A stretch of 64,000 bases of DNA from an uncultured Crocinitomix sp. (GCA_905478225.1 CAJQHR010000023.1:2948-66947), one strand, 5' to 3'; numbered from the stretch's first letter, positions 18,879 to 29,045 are shown. A program made the numbers and translations. The notes: a model not told the origin generated them from the sequence alone.

Positions 18879-19835
18879 ATGAAAAATTTCGTATTTATCT
18901 CCTTGTTGTTCACTTGTATTTATAGCGCTTCGGCGCAAGATTCATTTTTTGACCCTATTGATACTGTTGAAACTCCATCTGGTACTATGCTGATTTATGG
19001 CGATAGAACATGGGCTTATTTGGACGAAGAGAATTTTGAAGGAATAATGAATGCTAGAATTCACGAAATGGTATGTGAAGACACCGCACATTCATTCAAG
19101 TCTAAATGGTCAAATGAGGATGTTATTACGTGTACAACAAATGATGTTTCTTTAATGACGGATACGTTGTGGATGTGTGTGTTGGATTCGCTTCATAATA
19201 ATTATGCGATTCCCTTTGACGGGCAAATGACCTCTAAATATGGATACAGAAGAGGGAGAAGACACAATGGTGTGGATATTGATTTGGAAACAGGAGACAC
19301 TATTTGTGCAGCTTTTGATGGTAAAATTAGATATGCGAAATACCATGAAAACGGTTTTGGAAATTTAATTGTGATTCGGCATTATAACGGATTAGAAACT
19401 TATTACGCCCATTGTTCAAAACTAATGGTTGCACCGAATCAAGATGTAAAAGCTGGTGACCCAATAGGGCTTGGCGGAAACACGGGGCATTCGTCTGGAT
19501 CTCATCTTCATTTTGAAGTCCGCTTTTATGATAATCCAATTAATCCAGAAATGATTTTTGACTTTAAACAAAAGGAAGTTAAGGATAACCTTTTAGTGCA
19601 TAGTGGAGTTTTTAATCCAAGCAGCAAATCATCTAAAAGCAGTTCATCATCTTCTAGTTCATCATCATCAAGCACGCCAGTAAATAAGAATGCAAAAACG
19701 CACCTTGTAAGAAGCGGCGAGAATTTATGGATCATTGCTAGAAAATATGGTACCAGTGTTGACGCATTGTGCAAGCTAAATAGTTTAACTGAAACTTCTG
19801 TCATTCATATTGGCCAAGTCATTCGATTGAAATGA
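18879..19835 (+). CDS. Secreted M23 (LytM-type) peptidase with a poly-Ser linker and a C-terminal LysM domain
   Basis: Signal peptide MKNFVFISLLFTCIYSASAQ. M23 motifs are HNGVDIDL and GNTGHSSGSHLHFEVR. The linker is SSKSSKSSSSSSSSSSSS. The LysM region is HLVRSGENLWIIARKYGTSVDALCKLN. Confidence 0.85.
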   Translation: MKNFVFISLLFTCIYSASAQDSFFDPIDTVETPSGTMLIYGDRTWAYLDEENFEGIMNARIHEMVCEDTAHSFKSKWSNEDVITCTTNDVSLMTDTLWMCVLDSLHNNYAIPFDGQMTSKYGYRRGRRHNGVDIDLETGDTICAAFDGKIRYAKYHENGFGNLIVIRHYNGLETYYAHCSKLMVAPNQDVKAGDPIGLGGNTGHSSGSHLHFEVRFYDNPINPEMIFDFKQKEVKDNLLVHSGVFNPSSKSSKSSSSSSSSSSSSTPVNKNAKTHLVRSGENLWIIARKYGTSVDALCKLNSLTETSVIHIGQVIRLK

Positions 19836-20647
19836 TGAAACGCTTAGTCATTTCTATTGACGGTGGTGGAATTCGCGGAATAATTCCGCTCATTCTTCTC
19901 AAACAAATTCAAAGACGTTTATCTAAAGATCTTTTTTCAATGGATCTTTCGTGGTGGGGTACTTCTACGGGCGCATTAATTTCAGGAGCAATTACGATTC
20001 AAGCAGGCACAGGTAAAGATTTTGAAGCGGCCGTGCAAAATGTCTTAGACTTGTACGAATCTAGATCCGCGGCGGCTGTTCACCCGCACGGCGTTTCAAT
20101 TCCAGCGCGGGCTTTTAATCTGATTAAATCTAATTTTGATAGTTTGCATTTAAATCAATTTCCGAATTTAAATATTGTTGTTTCTAGAGCAGATGATTTG
20201 TCTCCGGTAATTTTTAATGCAAATAACAGTTGTGGATTAGATCAAGCAATAGCTGCAAGTTTTGCATTCCCCGGTGTTTTTCCGGCTGTAGAAATAAATG
20301 ATGCTTTATATGTTGATGGCTTTTTCAATGCTAAAAACCCAACGCGTTTGGCGCAAGAATATAATTTAGATAAAGGTGCCGATATTACTTTTCTGAGTTT
20401 AGGCACTGGAGTCATGCGGGAATCGGATGCGGTGGAGCAGGAGGTTCAAGCGGTGCATTTGCACATGGAACAATTACAGCATCAAGGTCAGTTGAACTAT
20501 TTTAGGTTTAATCCAACTTTAGTGCATGCGGCTGATTCTATGCAGAATACGAGTGCTAAAAATATATTGGCTTTAAGGAAGGATGCCTTGCATTATATTG
20601 ACGCGAATGAAAACGAGATTCAACAGTTTTTAAAGACTTTAAGCTAG
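19832..20647 (+). CDS. Patatin-like phospholipase
   Basis: 271 aa with DGGGIRG (oxyanion hole), GTSTGA (GxSxG) and a DGF (DGA/G-type) motif. The start overlaps the M23 stop (ATGATGA). No signal peptide. Confidence 0.85.
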   Translation: MMKRLVISIDGGGIRGIIPLILLKQIQRRLSKDLFSMDLSWWGTSTGALISGAITIQAGTGKDFEAAVQNVLDLYESRSAAAVHPHGVSIPARAFNLIKSNFDSLHLNQFPNLNIVVSRADDLSPVIFNANNSCGLDQAIAASFAFPGVFPAVEINDALYVDGFFNAKNPTRLAQEYNLDKGADITFLSLGTGVMRESDAVEQEVQAVHLHMEQLQHQGQLNYFRFNPTLVHAADSMQNTSAKNILALRKDALHYIDANENEIQQFLKTLS

Positions 20648-23600
20648 ACTTCAATCCCCATTAAACACACATCATCTAGTTGTTCTAAATCCCCCATCCA
20701 ATCAAAAAATGCTTTTTTCAATTCTTCATGTTGCGCTTCAATTGTAATGTTTTGTTGAGAAAGCAGCAGGTTCTTGAGTGCTTTATATTTGAATTTCTTG
20801 CCTTTTGGCCCACCAAATTGATCGGCATAACCATCACTAATCAAATAAATGCGATCGCCTTTTACAAGTTCGCCAGCATGATTTTTAAATGGCACTTTAT
20901 TTTCGAAATAACCAATGGGTTGTTTATCACCTTTAATTTCAAAAAGATTATAATCACCTAAATCAATATTAGGTTCAATTTCTGTGTCATTTACAATTAA
21001 ATTACCATTTGTCTTTTCACGAATAATCCAAAGTGGGTTGTGCGCTCCTGCAAATTGGAAGGATATTTTCGGCGTAGATTTATCTAAAGATAATAGAGCA
21101 ATATCCATACCATCTTTAATGATTGTGCCCGACTCTGCATCAGTAAATGCTTCTAAAACAATATCGTTTGTTTGATCTAATATATCACTTGGTTTTGTCA
21201 ATTCGTTTTCACGTACGGCACTGTTCAATGCTCTTGTTACAACTAAACTTACCATTGCTCCTGGCACACCATGACCAGTGCAATCTGCGACTGCAACAAA
21301 GGTTAAATCTTTTTTATTTGGGGAAAGTTCTGCCCAATAAAAATCTCCCGATACAATGTCTTTTGGTTTGTAAAACACAAAATATGTTTCAAGTGCACTG
21401 TTCAGTTTCTCCGTTCCTGGAAGGATAGAGTATTGGATTCTTCGTGAGTATAAAATAGAGTCGGTAATTTCATGGTTCTTATATTCGAGCTCCTCTTTTT
21501 GTCGCCGAATTTCTGTTGTTCTTTCTTCTATCGTTTCTTCAAGTGCGCTCTGTTTAAGTCGCAGTTGGCGTGTTCTTAAACTTATTAAAAAGCTGATAAA
21601 ACCAACAACCAATAAGGCCGCTATGATTCTTACCAGCCACGTTGACCACCATGGTTTTTCTATTTTAAAATCGAAACGAATGGGGTCACCTACAATACGA
21701 CCGTGCTCATTAGAAGAGCGTAGCAGAAATGAATAATTTCCAGGATCAAGATTGGTATAAGCAGCGAAATCATTTTTAGTCACGGTTTTCCAATCATTGT
21801 CAAATCCTTCAAGCATCCAACTGTATTTCACGTTTTTGGGAGAAATAAAATTCAGGCCTATGAAATCAAAAGAGATATTGTTTTCATCATAAGGAAGTCT
21901 TAAGTTAACGGGTAGGGCAAATACACCTTCTGATCCGCTGCACCAATCATTGGAATTACTCCAATCAAGATACTTTCCATTGATTTTGACAGATTTGATA
22001 TAGTTAACAGAAGGTTTGCCCTCAGTAAACTGCTCTAAAACGTTGTTCTTTAAACAGAATAGACCGTTTACAGTCCCGAACCAGAGATTTCCGTCAGAAT
22101 CTTTAAAAGAAGCATTTTGATTGTTCTGCAGACCGAAGAAGCCGCGTTCTGGTCCATAAGTTTGAATATCGAAAGTTGAATCTGTTTTGGCTGTGATTAA
22201 GTCTAAACCATTTTCATGTCCCACCCAAATTAAATCATCATCTAAAAGTATTGAAAAAATATAATGAGAGCTTAGGTCATGGAGTGTCGACAATTTATCC
22301 GAATTTAAGGTATGTTCTAAGGTGTCATAATTTCCATAAAACAAACCGTTGCCATTGGTGCCAATCCAAAACTTATCATCAGCATCAATTGTAAATGAAG
22401 TTATTTCTTGGATTGATTCGTCCATAATAGGATTGATAAACCTATTCTCTGCAAAATAACTGAATGTACCATCTAAGAAACTGATCCAAACATTGTTTTG
22501 ACTATCTGCCGCAATTTGGGAAACCACAGATCCAGACAAACCATTATCTTGTTGATAAAAATCAATCGTAAAGGCTTTATAATTATCAGTTTTTATTTTG
22601 GCTACGCCGTCATTTGTTCCAATCCAATAGATGTCATCAATTTTTTTAATCACCGTTATTTCGGAGTTTTTTAAGCCCATTTTTTCATCCAAATAGGTGA
22701 CTTTATTGCTTTGAATGAGTGTAATTCCTTTTTCAGTTCCGTACCAATAACAGTCATTTTCATCTTTTAGAATGGCTCTAGCGTCATTGTCTGTTAATCC
22801 CTGTTCGGTCGTAACGGTTTTTGTACGGAGAAGTTTTTCATTGTAAATTTTTAATTTAGAAACGCCGTCATAAGTTCCGACAATGATATCTCCTTTTTCA
22901 TCTTCTGTTATGCAATGAATTTGGTTACTCACTAATCCTTCTGCAGTTGTGTATGCCACAAAGTCTTGATGGTTGAAACGCATGATTCCGCCAAAATAAG
23001 TGCCGACCCAAATATTATTAAAATTATCTGTTGAAACGCATCTGATACGTTCATTTGAAAGCCCATTCTTACTGGTTAAGTTTAAGAAAGTATATCCGTT
23101 AAACACGCTTATTCCGTCACTGGTTCCAATCCAAATATTTCCTTAATAATCTTCAGCGATACTTCTTACTCTATTGTTGATTAGGCCATTTTCATTAGAC
23201 CAATGCTGGATGGTGTCGTTGTTGATTTTGTTTAATCCATTTTCGGTACCTACCCATAATTCATTATTTGAATCAACAAATAGGGTCAATATGATATCAT
23301 TACTCAATCCATTAGAGCTGTTAAATTCTGTGATTTTTCCATCATCATATTTGCAAAGACCAGCATCAGTGCCTATCCACATTATGTTTCCCTGTGTTTG
23401 CAAAGAACGAACCTTTTTGTGTGGTAAACTAAAGTTGAGTTTCAATTTATGTGAAACGCCTTTTTCATCTGAATCTATAATGGAAATACCTTCATTACTA
23501 CCTACCCAAATATTGCCTTCATGATCTTGTGCTATTGAGCGGATATAATTATTAGCAATACCATCACTTTCGGTTAAACTTACAAAATCTTCTCCGTTAA

Positions 23601-23907
23601 AATACGTCAAGCCATTTGTTGTTCCCAACCATATTACTCCGCTCTTATCCTGAAAAATAATACGTATTTTTTCTGAAGCCAAACCATTAAAACGCGTATA
23701 AGTTTGAAATGTTTTACCATCAAATTTGCACAGCCCACCACCTTCTGTAGCTACCCATAAAAAGCCGTTTCGGTCTTGCAAAATATCATATACACCAGAA
23801 CGTGAAAGTCCCTCTTCTAAGGAATATTGTTTGAAGTGGAATTGCTGCGTGAAAGCATTCATTCCAACAAATACTAATAATATGGTTATTAATTTTCGCA
23901 TTTTCAT
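20644..23907 (-). pseudogene. Beta-propeller/Y_Y_Y sensor fused to a PP2C (SpoIIE) phosphatase, interrupted by one in-frame TAA
   Basis: Track pieces 23143..23907 (254 aa) and 20644..23106 (820 aa, called from a GTG) are in one frame, separated only by the TAA at 23143..23145: ...SIAEDY*GNIWIGTSDGISVFNGYTF. The stop lies inside a propeller repeat (compare DHEGNIWVGS, DKSGVIWLGT). Domains in order: signal peptide, Reg_prop repeats, Y_Y_Y (YSWMLEGFDNDW..GNYSFLL), one TM, coiled coil, PP2C (ADCTGHGVPGA, SDGYADQFGG, DDVCLMGIEV). Confidence 0.75.
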
Positions 23908-23944
23908 CCCTGTAATCAGTAGGAAAACAGGTTGGATTTTTAAT

Positions 23945-23952
23945 CAAATCTA
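23945..23952 (-). promoter_or_regulatory. -7 promoter box (TAGATTTG)
   Basis: The minus strand reads AAATTGTAGATTTGA, 38 nt upstream of the ATG at 23907. Confidence 0.4.
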
Positions 23953-24085
23953 CAATTTTAATCTATATGAGCATGATAAAGCGAAACTAATTAGCAGGCT
24001 TGTTTGCAGGATTCTATTCAGCATGTTTAACGGGATATTACTCATATTGTATGCTCAACAAGCAAGTATATCTATTAGAAAATGA

Positions 24086-25264
24086 TCAATCGGCATAAAA
24101 GCTACGCCATTTTTCTTTCACCGCATCAGCCCTAAATTTTGATTCAAGTTCGGCACTAATCGCTTCAGCGTCATACCCTTGATAAGACGTGGCCATGCGA
24201 AGCATAGCTTCTGTTAATTCTTGATGTTCAGATCTGTTTTCAGTAGGGCTTGGTGAAACAAGAATGCTATTTTTTTCTGACAAAAATTCTTCAGGACCGC
24301 CACATTTAGTTGCAACAACAGGTTTTCCGCAAAGCAAGGCTTCTGCCACTGTCATTCCAAATGTTTCAAATCTTGAATTGCAAACATAAATATCGGCTTT
24401 TTGCATAGCATTTAAAACAAATTCATGATTTTGTCGGTTGGTGAAGCTTACTATATTTTCTTCAAAATTTAAGTCCTTCGCCAGGTTTACGATCATATCA
24501 TAATCTGGTCCACCACCAACTAAGGTTAAACGAGTTTGCGGATGAATCTTATTCACCACTTTGAATGCATGTAGCAAACCACTAAAGTTCTTGGTTTCAT
24601 TGTGAAAATCACCTACAGAAAGAAAATTGATTTTATCAGAGGTTGACTTTTCAATTTTTGCTGCACTTTCAATTATATTAGGAATTACTTGAGATTTAAA
24701 TCCTGTATTTTTTTGAAAGGCTTTTTGCAAGGCTTGGCTAACGGTGCTTATTTTTTTTGCTTTTTTCAAAACGCGTTTATACAGTATTCTGTCCAATACA
24801 TTTTTGCGCTGATAATTTCCATTCAAGTGCCCCGACCAATGTTCCGTTACTAAAAATGGAATGCCTTTTTTATGCAATTCAACCGCTAATAAAGCTGGCC
24901 GATATGGTACGTGAATATGACACAAATCAACTGTCCTAACCACCTTTTTCAAGCCCATTTGTTGCGCTTTTTTATAGCGTTTTAGATTGATTAACTTTTT
25001 AAACAAACCTTGACCGCTTTTGAAATAGATTATATGTTCTGCAAAACCATTTTCAGTACTTGAAACCATTTCATAATCTTGTTTCATGTCTGAAATCGCT
25101 TGCGCATATACCACTTGCATTTGAAACTCATCTTGCATCAAAGCAACTTGTCGTTGAATGAAAACTCCCAGTTGAATATCTGTTTTATTAGGATACCATC
25201 TTGGCAAGACTAGGATGCTAGTCTTCTTCTTGCTCGTCTGGTTCTTCTTCTGATAATTCTTCAC
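24086..25264 (-). CDS. Family 4 glycosyltransferase
   Basis: 392 aa with GT-B/GT4 C-terminal motifs: SRFETFGMTVAEALLCGKPVVATKCGGPEEF (E-x7-E). The ILVLPRWYP N-terminal block is typical of the family. Confidence 0.8.
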   Translation of the reverse strand: MKNYQKKNQTSKKKTSILVLPRWYPNKTDIQLGVFIQRQVALMQDEFQMQVVYAQAISDMKQDYEMVSSTENGFAEHIIYFKSGQGLFKKLINLKRYKKAQQMGLKKVVRTVDLCHIHVPYRPALLAVELHKKGIPFLVTEHWSGHLNGNYQRKNVLDRILYKRVLKKAKKISTVSQALQKAFQKNTGFKSQVIPNIIESAAKIEKSTSDKINFLSVGDFHNETKNFSGLLHAFKVVNKIHPQTRLTLVGGGPDYDMIVNLAKDLNFEENIVSFTNRQNHEFVLNAMQKADIYVCNSRFETFGMTVAEALLCGKPVVATKCGGPEEFLSEKNSILVSPSPTENRSEHQELTEAMLRMATSYQGYDAEAISAELESKFRADAVKEKWRSFYAD

Positions 25265-26438
25265 TTATATCAACTATTGTCTCGTATATTAAATGGTCAT
25301 CAGATCCTTTTGGATAAAAGCTTGATCTAATACTAACCCATTCCGTTCCTTCATATTTTGAAGCATAAGGAATAGGTTCGCTGTTAAGATGTCTTAAAAC
25401 ACGATCTATATTTTTCCCGAATTTAACCATTTTCCCACGTGGAACAAGAATTTCAACCCGAACATATTGTGCGCGCAACTTATCTTCCTTTGGCATTTTA
25501 AGATAAGGACTTATGAAAAGTTGATTGCCTTTACTGATAATCGGGTATTCAATGCGTTCAATATTATTAATAGCTTCTCTGGTTGTTGCACCATGACTTT
25601 CTTTGATAATTGACACTCTGAATTCACCTGTATCTTGCACTGCTATTACCTTTAGTCGGGGTAGGCCAAAGTAAATAAACTCTTCATCAACCTTTACCAA
25701 TTCAGATGCTCCCCAATCATCATAAGGGTCCACGTGATTTGAGAATTGATCATCTTCCAATACACTGATGATTAATTCATCTGCGCCTGCATTTTCTAAA
25801 GGTACCGAATAACGAATTTCTTTATCGCTTTTGAAATTAGAAGCGAATTGCGTACTGTAAATGAATAGGATTCCAACCGCGACAGACCAAGTAATAGCAA
25901 ATGTCCAAGCAACAATTTTGATGTTTTGACGGTAGTTAAATAAAATTCGAACTCCCAGTGTTACTAATGCAATGATAGGGATTGTTAGGACTAGAATGAG
26001 TGAAATAAAGATTAGTGAACTTGGTTCGGCTCCTGGATAAACAATGTCAATCAACATTGGGATACCATCAATTCTATCAGGACCAAGGAATGGAATTATT
26101 CCCGTATTACCAAACAATATAATCATGAGGAAAACGAACATAAAAATACCGCCAATTGTAAAGCCTACTCCAAATACTTTAGAAACGGCTTGGAAAACGG
26201 ATAGTCCAACAACTACACCTTTACCCACCACGCCGCGTACTTTTTCGCTTACATTGGCCGATTTGCCTTTTTCAGTGATGGTTTGTTTTATATTAGAAAC
26301 ATGTTCTTTTATGGAATCGACATTTACGGCCCCACCTTTCATTTCAATTTTGTCAGATGTCGTTTTAGCTTCTGGCACAACTAACCAAAGAATGATGTAA
26401 AGTAATACGCCTGTTCCTGCAAGGATGAAGAGCATCAC
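25218..26438 (-). CDS. PspC-domain membrane protein, apparently 5'-truncated (possible pseudogene)
   Basis: The track ORF starts at GTG-ATG in the middle of the PspC domain. The same frame stays open upstream to 26585 and encodes the first half of the domain (KTKRLFRDTDNSSVAGICSGLGYYFDVDRVVFRIIF), but there is no ATG/GTG/TTG between the TAA at 26586-26588 and 26438. Confidence 0.6.
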   Translation of the reverse strand: MMLFILAGTGVLLYIILWLVVPEAKTTSDKIEMKGGAVNVDSIKEHVSNIKQTITEKGKSANVSEKVRGVVGKGVVVGLSVFQAVSKVFGVGFTIGGIFMFVFLMIILFGNTGIIPFLGPDRIDGIPMLIDIVYPGAEPSSLIFISLILVLTIPIIALVTLGVRILFNYRQNIKIVAWTFAITWSVAVGILFIYSTQFASNFKSDKEIRYSVPLENAGADELIISVLEDDQFSNHVDPYDDWGASELVKVDEEFIYFGLPRLKVIAVQDTGEFRVSIIKESHGATTREAINNIERIEYPIISKGNQLFISPYLKMPKEDKLRAQYVRVEILVPRGKMVKFGKNIDRVLRHLNSEPIPYASKYEGTEWVSIRSSFYPKGSDDHLIYETIVDISEELSEEEPDEQEED

Positions 26439-26631
26439 AAAAATGATTCTAAAAACTACCCGGTCAACGTCAAAATAATAACCTAAACCGCTACATATTC
26501 CGGCGACTGAAGAATTGTCGGTATCGCGGAAAAGGCGTTTTGTTTTTGCGGTTTGAGCTTGATCGTTGCTTGGCTTTTGAGCGCTTTACGCCTTTTATTG
26601 GATCGCTTAATTTTAAATTCGGGATGTTTTA

Positions 26632-28305
26632 TTAGCTATTTAAACGCTCAATTATCTTATCTGCAACGCGGAAAGAATTGGCATAAATAGTAAACGTATA
26701 AGGAACGCTTCCACCAGTTGGCATAAAACTTCCGTCAGTAACATATAAATTATCGACCTCATGTGCCTTGCAATTCGCATCTAAAACACTTGTTGCAGGA
26801 TCACTACCAAAGCGACATCCACCAGCCATTAAGTTAGTTGGAGGGCTTCCATTTATGGAAGATTTAATATTAACAGCGCCAATATTGCCCATTACTTTCA
26901 TGGCTTTATCCGCTAAATAGTTGCCTACTTTTATGTCTTGTTCATGAAAACCGAATTTTACACGGCCCACAGGATCGCCCCACTTGTCGGTTACTTTATC
27001 ATCCAAGGTCACATTGCAATCATCATTGGGTAACCAATCGCAAAAAATCTCAAAGCGCAAACGCTTTTGATTGGTGAAATAATCTTTTAAATTTTCTTTT
27101 AAGTCGGAGCCGTAGAGTAGGGTACCGTCCTTATATTTTGCACGGCCAACTTTAGGCATTGGCGCCGAGTGTTCAATTAAAAAGTCAATCGTTCCTCCTT
27201 TTGCTCTGCCACCAAATTCTTCATCTTCAATTTCATAAAAATCGAGTAAAGCTTGATTGACAAAAGTTAAAGGGGTGTCAATTTTCTTTCGGTCTTCCTC
27301 TGAAACGCTATCAAAACGAATGATTCCTGAACCTGCGCCACCGCCGGCAAATAACAAATTTTTACCCACATTTCCATTATTGTTGGCAATGCCATTTGGA
27401 AATTGCGGACCTTTACTCATTAACAAGAGTCTTGAAGTTTCTACCGCTTGTGCAGCAACCACAAATAATTTAGCAGTTACACTTTGTTTTTCCTCGTGCT
27501 TGTCATAATACCAAGCTTTCGTCACCACTTTATTATCGTCTGTTTCTAAAAGGTATACTTTTGAATCAGGGCGAATTTCACAATTCCCCGTTTCCAAAGC
27601 AATATTAATTAGAGCGGCTCTTGAACTTCCTTTACCGTCTGACGAGCAGCCAAAGCTTCCACAATAGTTTGAATGATAGCAGGCGCCCCTTTTACCTAAG
27701 GGTTGAGAAATAATTCCGCGCGCTGCTGGAACAATATTATAGCCTTCTTTCTTGCCTCCTTCAACAAACCACTCAGCCACAGGATTAGTATTTAATGGTG
27801 GGAAGGGATAATCGGCTGTTGAGCGTGGCTCAGCATGTTTGTGTGGAACAACTTTTCCAGATACACCAATTACTTCTTCTACTTTTGCATAGTAGGGTTC
27901 TAATTGGTCATAATTTATAGGCCAATCTACAATATTGGCACCTTCTATGGCTCCGTATTCTGTTTTTAATCGAAAATCTTTTGGTTTTAAGCGGTGGAAA
28001 TAAGCACTCATAAAATTAGAGGAACCACCAACACAATTGCCATTCCATAAGTTACCCGAATCATAAGTTGATTTAGCAGACCAATTGCCGTTTGATTTTG
28101 GTCTTTCAATCACATGGCGTTCATCTTTTAAATTGGGACGATAAGCATCTCGACGTGTAACGGTCATCTCATCTTTTGTAAAGTCAACCGTTTTTAACCA
28201 TGGGCCTTTTTCTAGGACTAATACTTTGAAACCAGCCTTGGAAAGTTCGTAGATAATTGGCCCCGCTCCGGCGCCACTTCCAACTATGCAAATATCGTAT
28301 TTCAT
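26632..28305 (-). CDS. GMC-family FAD-dependent oxidoreductase (large subunit)
   Basis: 557 aa. The N-terminal Rossmann motif is DICIVGSGAGAGPIIYELSKAGFKVLVLEKG and the C-terminal GMC block is LYVTDGSFMPTGG. Confidence 0.9.
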   Translation of the reverse strand: MKYDICIVGSGAGAGPIIYELSKAGFKVLVLEKGPWLKTVDFTKDEMTVTRRDAYRPNLKDERHVIERPKSNGNWSAKSTYDSGNLWNGNCVGGSSNFMSAYFHRLKPKDFRLKTEYGAIEGANIVDWPINYDQLEPYYAKVEEVIGVSGKVVPHKHAEPRSTADYPFPPLNTNPVAEWFVEGGKKEGYNIVPAARGIISQPLGKRGACYHSNYCGSFGCSSDGKGSSRAALINIALETGNCEIRPDSKVYLLETDDNKVVTKAWYYDKHEEKQSVTAKLFVVAAQAVETSRLLLMSKGPQFPNGIANNNGNVGKNLLFAGGGAGSGIIRFDSVSEEDRKKIDTPLTFVNQALLDFYEIEDEEFGGRAKGGTIDFLIEHSAPMPKVGRAKYKDGTLLYGSDLKENLKDYFTNQKRLRFEIFCDWLPNDDCNVTLDDKVTDKWGDPVGRVKFGFHEQDIKVGNYLADKAMKVMGNIGAVNIKSSINGSPPTNLMAGGCRFGSDPATSVLDANCKAHEVDNLYVTDGSFMPTGGSVPYTFTIYANSFRVADKIIERLNS

Positions 28306-28409
28306 AAGTAGTTAGTCGTTAGTTTTTTAGTCAATAGTTCCTGGAGATAAGGGGCGCTGAGGTTGCACGCAGTGCAAAAATCTCGAATCGCCCCTATCGC
28401 GTGCACTTA

Positions 28410-29045
28410 TCACACTACAATTTTCATTTGTTTCTCCATAATTCTTTCGTAGCGCAACTCTTCGGTTGGCCCCGGGAAACCGGGTGTGTGATTCAGCCAT
28501 TTCCAACCTGCTTCATTGGTGTTCCCACCATAAATAGGATCTAATAAAACAGCTTCACAAATCAATGTAATTAGTACGCTAGACCAATTTTTGCCCCAAT
28601 TTAGTTCTGTGAATTTACCGACTAAAGCCTCTTTTTGTTCTTGATCTAATTCGACAAATGGCGTGAAGTAAATTTCTTCGGCAGTTTCATTGGCCCAATC
28701 AATTCCTTCAATAATATATTCGTTTTCGGATGTTTTGCGGTTAAGGGTGTCTTGTAATACCCAAAGGATATAGCCAAATGCATTTATCTCATCAACGCTT
28801 GGTCCATTTCCATCATCCGGAAAAAAGATACTCAAGACATCATATAAAATGGTCGATTGTTCTGCGGTCAAGATTTCATTGGCCTCACGCAATTGTTTTG
28901 AACAAGATGTAAATGCGGTGATTTGTGTTAAGGCTCCTGCAATTAAAGCGCCTCTTAAAAAAGTTCTTCGATTGGTTTCCCATTTTTCAATGTTTTGAAA
29001 AGCTGATGGGATTGTTTTTTTTCGATTACGATTCGTGTCTTCCAT
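28410..29045 (-). CDS. Gluconate 2-dehydrogenase subunit 3-family protein with a twin-arginine signal (small subunit partner of the GMC oxidoreductase)
   Basis: The track ORF starts at a TTG (29060); the ATG at 29045 gives MEDTNRNRKK.... The Tat motif is NRRTFLRGALIAGALT. The position upstream of a GMC gene is a common Bacteroidota pair. Confidence 0.8.
   Translation of the reverse strand: MEDTNRNRKKTIPSAFQNIEKWETNRRTFLRGALIAGALTQITAFTSCSKQLREANEILTAEQSTILYDVLSIFFPDDGNGPSVDEINAFGYILWVLQDTLNRKTSENEYIIEGIDWANETAEEIYFTPFVELDQEQKEALVGKFTELNWGKNWSSVLITLICEAVLLDPIYGGNTNEAGWKWLNHTPGFPGPTEELRYERIMEKQMKIVV

Noticed and set aside
19832-20647. Patatin-like phospholipase considered as a CBASS or other anti-phage effector.
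   Set aside because: No cyclase/nucleotidyltransferase, sensor, or other defence-associated gene is adjacent. The flanking genes are a cell-wall hydrolase and a convergent sensor phosphatase.
23143-23145. Possible TAA stop-codon reassignment or a general read-through code, which would explain both in-frame TAA codons (23143 and 31851).
   Set aside because: TAA is used as the normal terminator of many well-conserved genes in the window (typA, the histidine kinase, menD and others) at the expected protein ends. A reassigned code is therefore not supported.
23139-23150. The 12-mer TCCTTAATAATC spans the in-frame stop of the PP2C sensor gene and recurs at 62669..62680 inside the decayed MBL region. 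I considered a common insertion scar or a stop cassette.
   Set aside because: Many chance 12-mer repeats are expected in a 64-kb AT-rich sequence. The core CTTAATAAT also occurs elsewhere (for example 37670..37678). The flanks share nothing. The third in-frame stop (31851) has a different context.
28306-28349. TAG/TTAG-rich strings (TAGTTAGTCGTTAGTTTTTTAGTCAATAG here and TAGTCGTGAGTAGCTAGTCGATAG at 54871..54894) that close all reading frames. I considered engineered stop cassettes.
   Set aside because: The two strings are not alike beyond TAGTCG. They sit in natural intergenic positions, and such stop-rich AT-biased spacers are expected in low-GC genomes.
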